From a virus (lineage: Duplodnaviria; Caudoviricetes): DNA of 52,636 bases. Below are positions 9,381 through 19,071 of the stretch, piece after piece. How positions within the stretch are numbered: the stretch's first letter is position 1; each line of letters starts with the position of its first letter. The notes under the pieces were generated by a model, which saw only the letters and a program-made list of their open reading frames with translations, was not told the DNA's origin and searched no databases. Position numbers and translations under genes: made by a program. Location of the stretch: positions 1 to 52,636 of the IMG/VR virus record IMGVR_UViG_3300008219_003648; one strand, given 5' to 3'.

Positions 9381-9768
9381 AATCACGTTCATGGTCACTC
9401 AGTATGATAATAATCTACGCACCCATAATATCGATAACACCAGAGACCGTTTTTCATTTTTCATAACTGATAATAATAAATTACCATCTATGATGATAGC
9501 ATCAAAAAACGAACGTGAAACATTGCAATATTTATCAGATCAATATTTCTATGTTACACATGATTGGATGAATGTTGAACTGGGCGATTTCAGAAAATCG
9601 AATATTGATGAGTGTGAAGTAGTGTACATAGCCAGTATTCCAAGCGTCTCGGGGATTACTAAATCTGGGCGATTTATATCTGATACTGAAGCTAAAAGAC
9701 GAGATATAGAAATAGGCGAATATTATGAACAACTCTTATCTAAACGAAGCAGGTCCAACTTCAGATGA
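9370..9768 (+). CDS. Hypothetical protein
   Basis: Operon-coupled ORF, 132 aa. Confidence 0.7.
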   Translation: MKVKITFMVTQYDNNLRTHNIDNTRDRFSFFITDNNKLPSMMIASKNERETLQYLSDQYFYVTHDWMNVELGDFRKSNIDECEVVYIASIPSVSGITKSGRFISDTEAKRRDIEIGEYYEQLLSKRSRSNFR

Positions 9769-10084
9769 TAGTGACAATAGAGACGAAGGCGCTTCTTTGA
9801 TTATCTACGCAGACCAAGAAGGTCATATAGGTTTTGAATGCGAATGGGGAGAAGGTATTAGTTCCATAACTTCTATGGGGTTAATTTTTTACAGGCTTTT
9901 GGAAGAAAATTTAACAGATGAGATTTTAGAGTTTCTCAAGAAACAATGTGTAATACAAAACAGAATAGAAGAATATGATACTATTTTACAAGCAGTAACA
10001 CAAATGAAACTACTCAAAAAATCTAGTAGTGTTTCAGATGGTGATTCAATTGTAATATCACCGAGCGATGCAGCAAAAATGTAA
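9725..10084 (+). CDS. Hypothetical protein
   Basis: Operon-coupled ORF, 119 aa. Confidence 0.65.
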   Translation: MNNSYLNEAGPTSDDSDNRDEGASLIIYADQEGHIGFECEWGEGISSITSMGLIFYRLLEENLTDEILEFLKKQCVIQNRIEEYDTILQAVTQMKLLKKSSSVSDGDSIVISPSDAAKM

Positions 10085-10110
10085 CCTCTACTCAATATGG
10101 AGATGCTGTC

Positions 10111-10749
10111 ATGTCAACACACAAAAAAATCGCTTGGGAGAGCTGGAATGCTATGGTGCAAGATATAGAACACTCCCCTCCTCCAATGATTGATATGGGC
10201 GAGGAAGAGACACCTCCATCATTTGAGCAGCTAGAAAGATCAGCTGAGATTAACGAAATATTTATTCAGCATCCTAAATTTGTATACACTCCTCTGGGGA
10301 TATATCCAGCGGAATCAACCTTTAAGCCTTCTGATAGGTGGGATTGTTGGATTGCGTATACTAATTTTGGTATCACTACAAATATAGCCGACATACTCGA
10401 TACAAAAATAGAGGGTATAGAGGCATTAAAAATTCTAGGAAAATACTCTTTTTTTATGGGGATTGGTAAATTATTTGAAATTTCTGATGTAAGACAAAAA
10501 ATTGAAACGACGCTGTGTGCGTACACAGAAAAGGAAATTTTATCTAATGAAGAAACGCAAACTACCGTAGACTTAGTAAAAGAACAATTAAGCACTAAGA
10601 AATATTGGTCAATGCTTGTTTCTCCAGAGGGTAAAGTGGAATATGTAGTATCTGATGATATGGATAAAATGTATTTAGACGGTCTAAATAACCTATTGGA
10701 ACTAAAACAAAATATAGGTGGAATAATTCTAAGGGGACAAAATGGATAA
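10111..10749 (+). CDS. Hypothetical protein
   Basis: GGAG RBS; 212 aa; overlaps the sigma factor start. Confidence 0.75.
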   Translation: MSTHKKIAWESWNAMVQDIEHSPPPMIDMGEEETPPSFEQLERSAEINEIFIQHPKFVYTPLGIYPAESTFKPSDRWDCWIAYTNFGITTNIADILDTKIEGIEALKILGKYSFFMGIGKLFEISDVRQKIETTLCAYTEKEILSNEETQTTVDLVKEQLSTKKYWSMLVSPEGKVEYVVSDDMDKMYLDGLNNLLELKQNIGGIILRGQNG

Positions 10750-11206
10750 ATTTGATAGTTATTTGAAAGATCCTGATATTAGTGGTATTATATATAAAGT
10801 TTTGAGTAAATATAGGCACTCAATAGATGTTGACGAACTAGATTCCATTAAAATGTTGACGTTATGGAATTGCATCAAAAAGTATAACCCAGATAAAGGC
10901 GTTAAATTTACGTCATATTTGTATTCATACCTTACATATGCCTGCAAGAATGAACTCAAAAAGAAAAGACGTGAATATGGATGTGACAGATTAGAAGCTG
11001 TGGACAATCGCAACAATTGGCGAGATTTGGGTGATATCGTAGATGGGCTTCCTCCCGACATAGCCAAAGTTTTAAATCAAAGATTTGTACATAGCATGAC
11101 TATGCATGAAATTGGATGCGCCAATGGCTATAGTCGAGAAACGGCACGTAGGCGTTTAATCAGTGCGATTCAAGTATGTAGAAAAAGAAACTGTATTCAA
11201 ACGTAG
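10742..11206 (+). CDS. Small sigma70-family sigma factor (regions 2 and 4 only)
   Basis: LWNCIKKYNPDKGVKFTSYLY matches region 2.2-2.3; MTMHEIGCANGYSRETARR matches the region 4.2 HTH. Confidence 0.85.
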   Translation: MDKFDSYLKDPDISGIIYKVLSKYRHSIDVDELDSIKMLTLWNCIKKYNPDKGVKFTSYLYSYLTYACKNELKKKRREYGCDRLEAVDNRNNWRDLGDIVDGLPPDIAKVLNQRFVHSMTMHEIGCANGYSRETARRRLISAIQVCRKRNCIQT

Positions 11207-11293
11207 TTGTGTATATAGAGTGGGAACTGGACCTCTTTTTGGATAATAACGGGATATATCATATTTATTGTATCTTTATAAAGGAGGTTTGTT

Positions 11294-11962
11294 ATGGCAG
11301 TTCCTAGTGGAAATTCAGAAAAACGAAACACGACTGGTGGCGCTTTTACGGTTATCACTGAAGGTGGTACTATTTTGGGTAACACGAGTACTGGTACCGT
11401 GATTACTAAAGCTTTAGCATTAAAGGATAATGCTACCGACTTCGGCTCAGCTCCACTCCCACGGGTGTTGGCTGATGGTTTAAGTGGCAATCAGAAAATT
11501 GTGAGTGGTGGAACTTTTGCGTATTCGGTTGCTGGCCAGTATGTCATTAGAACTATTTCTACTACTCTTTCTGGCGTTTCTTCTACCAAAATGCTTATTC
11601 CGAGTAATGAAGGTCCTCATCCTCCAATCGCTCAATTCCAGCATGATTTTGGTGCTGATGTAACGAGCCTAATGAGAGCAAATCGATTCTCTCGTACTGG
11701 GTTCTTTAACAATGGCAACAAGATTAGTTCACGATACTTGTGGCTGAATGCTGCTGGTACTGCGGTTGCTAAGCCTAGTACTTTCACTACTACCAATATG
11801 TGGGATCTTGCTGATGGCAATGCGTCCAATTTGGCGGTTGATAGTGCAGCTACTCCAACCCGCGCCATCCCCGGTGAATTGGTAATGAAGGTTGATTTCG
11901 TTACTCTTACCGTTGCTAGTGGCGGTGACTTCTTTGATTACAAGGCAATTACTGGCATGTAA
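11294..11962 (+). CDS. Probable highly expressed virion structural protein
   Basis: Strong AAGGAGG RBS; T/G/A/S-rich, Cys-free; NNT-biased codons; own terminator. Confidence 0.55.
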   Translation: MAVPSGNSEKRNTTGGAFTVITEGGTILGNTSTGTVITKALALKDNATDFGSAPLPRVLADGLSGNQKIVSGGTFAYSVAGQYVIRTISTTLSGVSSTKMLIPSNEGPHPPIAQFQHDFGADVTSLMRANRFSRTGFFNNGNKISSRYLWLNAAGTAVAKPSTFTTTNMWDLADGNASNLAVDSAATPTRAIPGELVMKVDFVTLTVASGGDFFDYKAITGM

Positions 11963-11979
11963 TCCTATATTGCGTATAT

Positions 11980-12011
11980 AGGGGGGAGGGGCTTCCTCCC
12001 CCCTTTTTTTT
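11980..12011 (+). terminator. Rho-independent terminator
   Basis: GGGGGGAGG (11981-11989) / CCTCCCCCC (11995-12003) stem followed by T8. Confidence 0.92.
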
Positions 12012-12031
12012 ATCACACAAGGTAAGTTAAT

Positions 12032-12343
12032 ATGAACGATGCTTGGGATTTAATACGTAATGTGGCAGAAGTTGTCGGTATGGTTTTTATCCCTATTATG
12101 GCATGGGTTATGTTTACTATTATCACCCATGGTAAAAAAATAATTCTTCTAGAAGAAAGAGTCAGCGATTCTTTAAACCGGCGAATTACCTCTCTTGAAA
12201 AAAAGGTTATTAGCATGGAAGATAAAATAGAAGCTAAAATGGATGACCTCGAAAAAAGCGTAACGGAGTGCAAGCTTGCCATTAATGATAAGATTAACGA
12301 AAGATTTGACACGCTTATGCAAAAATTGGAGAATAATAAATGA
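12032..12343 (+). CDS. Single-TM plus coiled-coil membrane protein
   Basis: TM VVGMVFIPIMAWVMFTII then heptad-rich C-terminus. Confidence 0.7.
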   Translation: MNDAWDLIRNVAEVVGMVFIPIMAWVMFTIITHGKKIILLEERVSDSLNRRITSLEKKVISMEDKIEAKMDDLEKSVTECKLAINDKINERFDTLMQKLENNK

Positions 12344-12510
12344 GCATTGAATCCATGATCATACAAAAAGTTATGGATGAATTGGGAATTTCTCAAGAAA
12401 TGGTTGACAAAGTGAAAGGTATCATCGATAATATTGATATTCAAAGATACGGTGACAAAACTGCTATTGAGATCAACATGAAGAAAATTACCATCACCAT
12501 TGATAAGTAA
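12340..12510 (+). CDS. Small hypothetical protein (56 aa; not in ORF track)
   Basis: ATGA overlap with the previous stop; MSIESMIIQKVMDELG...ITIDK; fills the gap to nrdJ. Confidence 0.65.
   Translation: MSIESMIIQKVMDELGISQEMVDKVKGIIDNIDIQRYGDKTAIEINMKKITITIDK
12404..12432 (+). promoter_or_regulatory. Candidate sigma70 promoter for nrdJ
   Basis: TTGACA (12404-12409), 17 nt, GATAAT (12427-12432), about 100 nt upstream of nrdJ. Confidence 0.55.
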
Positions 12511-12530
12511 GACGTAGGTTGGAATAATAA

Positions 12531-14723
12531 ATGTCAATTAAATCACTTATGAATTATAGTTTTGTTTCTAAATATGCTAGATGGATACCTGAAAAAAAAA
12601 GACGTGAGACGTGGAGGGAGTCTGTTGATCGTGTTATGAACATGATGTATGAGCAATATCCTGAGACAAATGGTGATATTGCATGGGCCTACGATATGAT
12701 GTACAAAAAACGTGTTCTAGGTTCCCAGAGAGCCCTCCAGTTTGGAGGTAAGCCCATCTTTAAACATCACGCACGAATGTACAATTGCATCGCCTCTTAT
12801 ATTGATAGATTAAGATTTTTTCAGGAGTGTATGTACTTACTACTATGTGGATGTGGTACTGGATTTTCAGTACAAAAACACCATGTTGCCAAATTACCCT
12901 TTCTTGTCAAATCTAAAAAGGGTACTAAAAAATTTGTTATCCCAGACACCATCGAAGGGTGGTCTGATGCGCTTGGTGTTCTTGTTTACAGCTTCTTTGA
13001 ACAAGACGAACTGTTTACAGAATATGTTGGAAAAACAGTTGTGTTTGATTATTCCAATATTCGACCAGCAGGTTCATATCTAAGCTCTAGCGGCGGTAAA
13101 GCGCCGGGTCCTGAGCCTCTTAAAAAAGCTTTATCTAATATCAAAAAAGTTCTTGATAAAGCTCTCAAAAACTCTGACTTTTCTGCGTCAGAGGTCCGAA
13201 AATTGACACCAATAGAAGTATATGATATTGTAATGCATGCAGCCGATGCTGTGATTAGTGGTGGCGTTAGACGAAGCGCGACTATCTGCTTATTTTCTCC
13301 TGATGACGAGGAGATGGCTCAAGCTAAAACAGGTAATTGGTTTCATGATAATCCTCAACGTGGTAGATCTAATAATTCTGCATTACTACTTAGGGATAAA
13401 ACTACCAAAGAACAATTTGCTGAATTAATGCAGTCAGTTCGTGAATTTGGAGAACCGGGTTTTGTGTGGTCAGATTCTACGGAGTTGGTAGTCAATCCTT
13501 GTGTAGAAATTGGGTTGTATCCTGTGGACGTGACCACCGGTCACACTGGATGGCAAGCATGTAATCTAAGTACTATCAATTGTTCTAAAATAGAAACAGA
13601 AAAAGATTTTTATGAATCCTGTAGAGCGGCAGCAATTATTGGAACTCTACAGGCAGGTTTTAATGATTTTGCTTATTTGGGAGAGGTGACTGAACGCATT
13701 ATAGCTCGTGAAGCTTTGCTTGGTGTATCAATGACGGGTATCATGGACTGTCCCGAGATATGCCTTGATCCAACTATTCAGAGACATGGAGCTAAAATTG
13801 TTAAAACAACCAATAAAGATATAGCTCGCAAAATTGGTATAAATATTGCTGCTCGCACTACATGCATTAAACCCGAGGGAACTACTTCTTGTATATTAGG
13901 AACTAGTAGTGGTATTCATCCCCATCACGCAAAGCGATACATTAGAAGAGTACAAGCCAATAAAATGGAACCTATTTATCAATACTTTCAAGACATTAAC
14001 GAAAGAGCCTGCGAGGAATCAGTATGGTCGGCCAACGATAGCGATGCTGTGATATCTTTTTGTATAGAGGTGGCGCCCGGATCAAAAACCAAAAATCAAA
14101 TTAGCGCCTTAGAGTTGTTGGAGTATGTTAAATCTACCCAAAAAAACTGGGTGACAGGTGGCATTAACGAAAAAGCTAATGTGAAACCTTGGCTTACACA
14201 TAACGTGTCGAATACTATTAATGTTAAAAATGAGGAATGGGATGAGATAGAAAAATTTATTTATAAGAATAGAAACTTTTTTTGCGGGATTTCTCTGTTG
14301 CCTATTACAGGTGATAAAGATTATCCACAAGCACCGTTTACAGCGATTTATTTGCCCAGTGAGCAAGTGCGTCAGTATGGAGATGGCTCCTTGTGGGTAA
14401 GTGGACTTATTGAAGTGGCTTTAGATCTATGGGAAGACAATCTATGGGCAGCTTGTGATGCATTACTTGGACGTGGTAAACGCTCGAAGGGAGGTTCTAA
14501 ACGACACTGGATATTGAGATGTAAGAAGTTTACTGAAAAATATTTTAACAATGACATCAAACAACTAACCTATTGCATGAAAGATGTATATAATTGGAAA
14601 GAATGGGTAGATCTCAATCGTGAGTATTGTGATGTAGATTATACACAAGTTATAGAGGAAGTAGACAACGTAAAACCTGAGCAAGAATGGGCCTGTAGTG
14701 GCGGCGCTTGCGAATTACTTTAA
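12531..14723 (+). CDS. nrdJ: Class II (adenosylcobalamin-dependent) ribonucleotide reductase, monomeric RTPR type
   Basis: YNCI, GGVRRSA, RSNNS, NPCVEI, CNL, IKPEGTTS, C-terminal ACSGGACELL; no small subunit adjacent. Confidence 0.93.
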   Translation: MSIKSLMNYSFVSKYARWIPEKKRRETWRESVDRVMNMMYEQYPETNGDIAWAYDMMYKKRVLGSQRALQFGGKPIFKHHARMYNCIASYIDRLRFFQECMYLLLCGCGTGFSVQKHHVAKLPFLVKSKKGTKKFVIPDTIEGWSDALGVLVYSFFEQDELFTEYVGKTVVFDYSNIRPAGSYLSSSGGKAPGPEPLKKALSNIKKVLDKALKNSDFSASEVRKLTPIEVYDIVMHAADAVISGGVRRSATICLFSPDDEEMAQAKTGNWFHDNPQRGRSNNSALLLRDKTTKEQFAELMQSVREFGEPGFVWSDSTELVVNPCVEIGLYPVDVTTGHTGWQACNLSTINCSKIETEKDFYESCRAAAIIGTLQAGFNDFAYLGEVTERIIAREALLGVSMTGIMDCPEICLDPTIQRHGAKIVKTTNKDIARKIGINIAARTTCIKPEGTTSCILGTSSGIHPHHAKRYIRRVQANKMEPIYQYFQDINERACEESVWSANDSDAVISFCIEVAPGSKTKNQISALELLEYVKSTQKNWVTGGINEKANVKPWLTHNVSNTINVKNEEWDEIEKFIYKNRNFFCGISLLPITGDKDYPQAPFTAIYLPSEQVRQYGDGSLWVSGLIEVALDLWEDNLWAACDALLGRGKRSKGGSKRHWILRCKKFTEKYFNNDIKQLTYCMKDVYNWKEWVDLNREYCDVDYTQVIEEVDNVKPEQEWACSGGACELL

Positions 14724-14734
14724 GGGAAAATTAG

Positions 14735-14911
14735 ATGCAATATAAAAAGAAAACCAAGGACCAGAGGTTTATAAGTAACCTTAGGAGACGAGGAGCAAGC
14801 GAGGTTTGTAAACTACTGGACGCAAATCCTCACATGTCTAGCACAACAGCACAACAGGTTATTGAATCTGAGATAAGAAAAAAATATAGGTTAAAAAAAT
14901 TTAAACTATAA
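14735..14911 (+). CDS. Small basic hypothetical protein (58 aa; not in ORF track)
   Basis: AAGGGA upstream; MQYKKKTKDQRF...RLKKFKL; fills the intergenic gap. Confidence 0.55.
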   Translation: MQYKKKTKDQRFISNLRRRGASEVCKLLDANPHMSSTTAQQVIESEIRKKYRLKKFKL

Positions 14912-14929
14912 ATAAGAAGGAGCCTATAG

Positions 14930-15859
14930 ATGCATGACATACAGCACATTTCAGAAAAAGACATACAATCTCACCTATCTATGGGTCATATAATAGGTGT
15001 TATGGAGCAAGTATTTAAACATCCAGAAAAGGGCCAAATGCCCCCCAAGATTTATCTAGAGCTTGAAAACGACAATGATTTTCGGGCGATGCCCGCTAAA
15101 TTTGGAGATGCTGTAGGTATTAAATGGGCTTCTATTTTTCCTGCTAATGAAAAAAATAAATTTGGACCAAGCGTTTCGGCTACCATTATGTTGAATGATA
15201 TTGAAACAGGATATCCAATAGCCATGATGGACGGGATGCTCATTACTTCTTACAGAACAGCAGCGGTCACTGGAGTAGCCACAAAACATCTCGCCAAAGA
15301 TGATGCCAAAACAGCAGCTTTTGTAGGATGTGGTTTTCAAACAGCATATCAAATAGAAGCTATTTTAAACGTTAGAAACATTAGACATATAAAGTTGTTT
15401 GATTTGGACAGGACTAAATGTGAACATTTGGCGGCTATTTTTGGCAAAACTGTCATAGCATGTGAAACACTAGAAGAATGTGTACGTGGAAGTGATATAT
15501 TAACCACACTCACACCATCAAGAAAACCATTAATTAAATTAGAGTGGCTCGAACCGGGAATGCACATCAATGCTATTGGCGCCGATGCAGAAGGGAAACA
15601 AGAATTTGAAGACAATTTAGGAGATGTGTGTCAAATATGTGTTGTTGACGATAAAGCTCAGGCATTTCATTCTGGAGAATCACAGCACACAAAAAACAAA
15701 GAGCATTTTATAAATTTGTCTACAGTGGTAAATCCTCATTTCAAACAACGTGTATCTATGTTAGATTCTGATATATCTTTTTTTGATTCCACGGGATTAG
15801 CTACTGAAGATATTGCAGTTGCTAGTTATATATATAAAAATTTAACTAGCCGGAAATAG
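14930..15859 (+). CDS. Ornithine cyclodeaminase/mu-crystallin family, archaeal-type alanine dehydrogenase-like
   Basis: MPPKIYL, DFRAMPA, GIKW, TSYRTAA, GCGFQ, HINAIGADAEGKQE, FDSTGLATED. Confidence 0.9.
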   Translation: MHDIQHISEKDIQSHLSMGHIIGVMEQVFKHPEKGQMPPKIYLELENDNDFRAMPAKFGDAVGIKWASIFPANEKNKFGPSVSATIMLNDIETGYPIAMMDGMLITSYRTAAVTGVATKHLAKDDAKTAAFVGCGFQTAYQIEAILNVRNIRHIKLFDLDRTKCEHLAAIFGKTVIACETLEECVRGSDILTTLTPSRKPLIKLEWLEPGMHINAIGADAEGKQEFEDNLGDVCQICVVDDKAQAFHSGESQHTKNKEHFINLSTVVNPHFKQRVSMLDSDISFFDSTGLATEDIAVASYIYKNLTSRK

Positions 15860-15871
15860 GAGTCAGATAAT

Positions 15872-16378
15872 ATGTTTCACCCGGACCAATTAGCTAGAAT
15901 GAATCAATTGCAAACAAAACATCCCAATAAATATACAATACAGGTTAAAAAATTATCAGAAACAGCTACTATTCCTACAAAAGCCCATAATTCTGATGCT
16001 GGATGGGATTTATATGCCAATCATGAATATATGATAGGTCCTCATGAAAGGTTTACTGTGAAAACAGGTATATCCTTACAAATTCCTGATAGGTATGTGG
16101 GATTAATTTGGCCACGATCCGGCTTAGCGGTCAAGCAAGGGGCTGATGTTTTAGCAGGTGTAATTGATTCAGGTTATCGTGGAGAAATTATGGTGTGTTT
16201 GCTTAACACACAACAACCAAGTGATTTCTTTGGATATGAAGATTATATTAAAATAAAGCGTGGTGATAGAATAGCGCAAATTTTATTTCAGGAAGTGCCA
16301 CACTTTGAGTTAACTGAAATTGATAACTTACAAGATACTGACAGATCAGATTCTGGTTTTGGGAGCAGTGGCAAATGA
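15872..16378 (+). CDS. dut: Trimeric dUTPase
   Basis: AGWDL, PRSGLA, GVIDSGYRGE, RIAQ and RSDSGFGSSG (motifs I-V). Confidence 0.96.
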   Translation: MFHPDQLARMNQLQTKHPNKYTIQVKKLSETATIPTKAHNSDAGWDLYANHEYMIGPHERFTVKTGISLQIPDRYVGLIWPRSGLAVKQGADVLAGVIDSGYRGEIMVCLLNTQQPSDFFGYEDYIKIKRGDRIAQILFQEVPHFELTEIDNLQDTDRSDSGFGSSGK

Positions 16379-17691
16379 CGATACCATTCACAACCCCAAA
16401 TGACAGGATATTTTATGCTTGCGTGGGCGTCCTCGTGGGTCCTGAATTAACAGGACGTAACGACATTGATCAAATGTCTGACCCACAAGACCATAAGTAT
16501 CTTACTGGCGTAACTTCAGTGGGTATTAATGGTGATATGCCCTCTACTTCACTGTTAGACATAGGACGCTTTCAGCGCAAATTTCACTACTATGGTCAAC
16601 AAACATTTGAAATCACTATTGAAAGAAACATTGATCACAATTCACAATTCTTTTATTATGTAGACCCATCTGATTATGGCACATACACTACCTCACATGT
16701 GTTACATGCTAATAACATGCATAGCCAAGGGTATGAAGATAATAACGGTAAATGTTTAAGAAGCTATGATATCACCATACTATATGGAGGTGACGACACT
16801 TCTCGTTTAGGAAGTGGCACCAATGTATATTCTATTACATATCAAAATTGTGTGGTAACTGGTATCAGTTATTCTATATCCGTAGGTGGTACATTAACTG
16901 AATCAATAACCTTAACCACTAAACATGTTAAAAATAACAGCGCCGCTGGTGATACTCTTATTGCAAGTTATGGCGATTTACCCGGAAGCGCTCAGTCGGG
17001 TGATATGGTTAAATGGGCAGATTTTCGTCCTATGCTAGAATCAACTACGGCGGCAGGTTTACGTGCATACTGGCCCGATGAAGTAATCTCATTATTTTAT
17101 CTAGCAAAGATCGAAGGGGGCTTATCTGTATTAGGTATTCAGTCTATTGATATAGATATGACCATAGAATATGCAGAGCCTACTGATGTAGGAATTTGGA
17201 GAGGCGGTGATAAATCTACTGGAATGTTTCAACCCAAGGAATTGAATAAGTGGAAAACAGTAGTTACACCCGTTCAGGTAACTGCTTCATTTACAGGAGT
17301 AACACGACAGCCCTTTTATGATATTGGATTATCGCGAGGTGGTACTGTAGAGGGTTCGGATCAGGCGTTGGCTAACGTAGACTTTACGTTTGGTCAACCA
17401 GATAGCACTCCTGACGATTTATATCAAAATCCCACATCAGCGCCCTATGATAAATACGCAAGAACTGATAGGATTATCAAACTTGCTGCCGAAAAATATC
17501 CCAGCGGCATTAAGACTTTCTTTGTTATAGACTTGGGACAAAAAAATTATTTAACAAGTATGAGTTTTTCAGGAGGAGATACGGGAGGTGGAAATCAAGA
17601 AGCCACTTTATCATACCAAAACGATTGGAGCGATATAGTATTAGCGAAGGACACAGCCATACAGACAACCACTAATAGCGGTCCTTACTAG
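16375..17691 (+). CDS. Putative virion protein, tail-tube-like with internal duplication
   Basis: T/S/G-rich beta-strand pattern; NCVVTGISYSISVGGTLTESITL resembles tube-protein C-terminal hairpins and recurs near the C-terminus. Confidence 0.5.
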   Translation: MTIPFTTPNDRIFYACVGVLVGPELTGRNDIDQMSDPQDHKYLTGVTSVGINGDMPSTSLLDIGRFQRKFHYYGQQTFEITIERNIDHNSQFFYYVDPSDYGTYTTSHVLHANNMHSQGYEDNNGKCLRSYDITILYGGDDTSRLGSGTNVYSITYQNCVVTGISYSISVGGTLTESITLTTKHVKNNSAAGDTLIASYGDLPGSAQSGDMVKWADFRPMLESTTAAGLRAYWPDEVISLFYLAKIEGGLSVLGIQSIDIDMTIEYAEPTDVGIWRGGDKSTGMFQPKELNKWKTVVTPVQVTASFTGVTRQPFYDIGLSRGGTVEGSDQALANVDFTFGQPDSTPDDLYQNPTSAPYDKYARTDRIIKLAAEKYPSGIKTFFVIDLGQKNYLTSMSFSGGDTGGGNQEATLSYQNDWSDIVLAKDTAIQTTTNSGPY

Positions 17692-17706
17692 GAGATACAA
17701 ATACAC

Positions 17707-18384
17707 ATGGGGCGTAGAAAAACATCTAAATCATCTAAGCCATCTAGAGAAACTAGAAAAAAACTCAAACCAAAAACAACAAATCAGCAAGAATATATTA
17801 GGTCTATCGTCGAATCAGACGTAACTTTCTGCACGGGGCCAGCTGGCTCTGGTAAAACAGCGGTAGCGGTTGGTTTAGCGTGTGAATATTTACTAGAAAA
17901 AAAAGTGGAAAAAATCATTATTACACGACCAGTTGTTGAGTCGGGTGGACGAGGTTTGGGTTTTTTACCCGGCACTATGAATGAGAAAATACAACCTTGG
18001 TTAGTACCTATCATAGAAGAAATGAACTTATATCTTACTAGAGATACCGTGAATTCATTTAGATCATCAAATAGGATTGAGCTTTGTCCACTTGAATATA
18101 TGAGGGGGCGCAATTTTCACAATAGTTTTATGATTTTAGACGAAGCTCAAAACGCGACTTATGATCAGATCAAGATGTTTTTGACTAGAATTGGCCAAGA
18201 GTCAAAAGCTATTGTCAATGGTGATCTTGATCAAACTGACTTAAATAAATACGAGGGGGCGGGTTTATATGCATGCGTCGAAAAGCTTGACCAATTAGAC
18301 GGAGTATCTATTTGTAAATTGTCTTTTGAGGATATTATTAGAAATAGCATTATATCCAAAATACTTACAAGATTACAGGAATAA
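17707..18384 (+). CDS. phoH: PhoH-family ATPase
   Basis: GPAGSGKT, ITRPVVE, LGFLPG, YMRGRNF, ILDEAQN, GDLDQTD. Confidence 0.96.
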   Translation: MGRRKTSKSSKPSRETRKKLKPKTTNQQEYIRSIVESDVTFCTGPAGSGKTAVAVGLACEYLLEKKVEKIIITRPVVESGGRGLGFLPGTMNEKIQPWLVPIIEEMNLYLTRDTVNSFRSSNRIELCPLEYMRGRNFHNSFMILDEAQNATYDQIKMFLTRIGQESKAIVNGDLDQTDLNKYEGAGLYACVEKLDQLDGVSICKLSFEDIIRNSIISKILTRLQE

Positions 18385-18725
18385 TGACAATGTTGAAAAA
18401 TGGTGTGTTTTATTTGATGCTGTGTGCTATTACTATAGTAGCTGGAATCGATACATTTTGGACATCTGAAACCCGAGATATCATATTAGAAACTGAAGAA
18501 AACCCAATGTCAAAACTCCTTATACAACAATATGGAGTTAGTTTTTTTTTATCTCTTAAGTTAATTTTAACCACTTTTGTAATTACTGTGTTGCAATTAT
18601 GCTACTATCATCTAAAATACAAAAGATGGATCTTGTGGGCCGTTACCAGTGGCCTATTAGTATTTCAGGCTATTTTACTACTTCGTATAATGTCGTGGCC
18701 CCCTTTTGGTTACAGTTGGAGTTAA
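18384..18725 (+). CDS. Membrane protein, DUF5658-like
   Basis: Three TM segments; D-x-x-x-T...EENPM...LKL pattern. Confidence 0.6.
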   Translation: MTMLKNGVFYLMLCAITIVAGIDTFWTSETRDIILETEENPMSKLLIQQYGVSFFLSLKLILTTFVITVLQLCYYHLKYKRWILWAVTSGLLVFQAILLLRIMSWPPFGYSWS

Positions 18726-18728
18726 ATT

Positions 18729-19070
18729 ATGCCTCTTTATGACTTTGAATGCGCTCCATGCGCATACTATACTGAAATACGACAAAGTGTTGATGACCCA
18801 TCGACCCATAAATGCCCCCACTGTGGTACAGATACACTTGTCAAGGTGTTTATTAATTCTCCTGCGTTTTTTGTAAGAGGCGAACCAAACACCATAGGGC
18901 AATGGGCTGATAAAAATACCCGCAATATGGGCACTTACGAAAAACAAGATAGAGACCAAGAAAGTGACACAAGTAATAACAAAGAGCATCGCCAAAAACG
19001 AGAACTCAATCGTAAAATTAACGCAATGTCTAAGACACAAAAGCTAAAATGGATTAAAGAAGGAGATTAA
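18729..19070 (+). CDS. FmdB-family zinc ribbon protein
   Basis: MPLYDFECAPC...CPHCG. Confidence 0.85.
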   Translation: MPLYDFECAPCAYYTEIRQSVDDPSTHKCPHCGTDTLVKVFINSPAFFVRGEPNTIGQWADKNTRNMGTYEKQDRDQESDTSNNKEHRQKRELNRKINAMSKTQKLKWIKEGD

Positions 19071-19071
19071 T

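Noticed and set aside
14907-14914. TATAAATA T4-type late promoter
   Set aside because: Expected by chance in AT-rich DNA, and the sigma factor here is not gp55-like.
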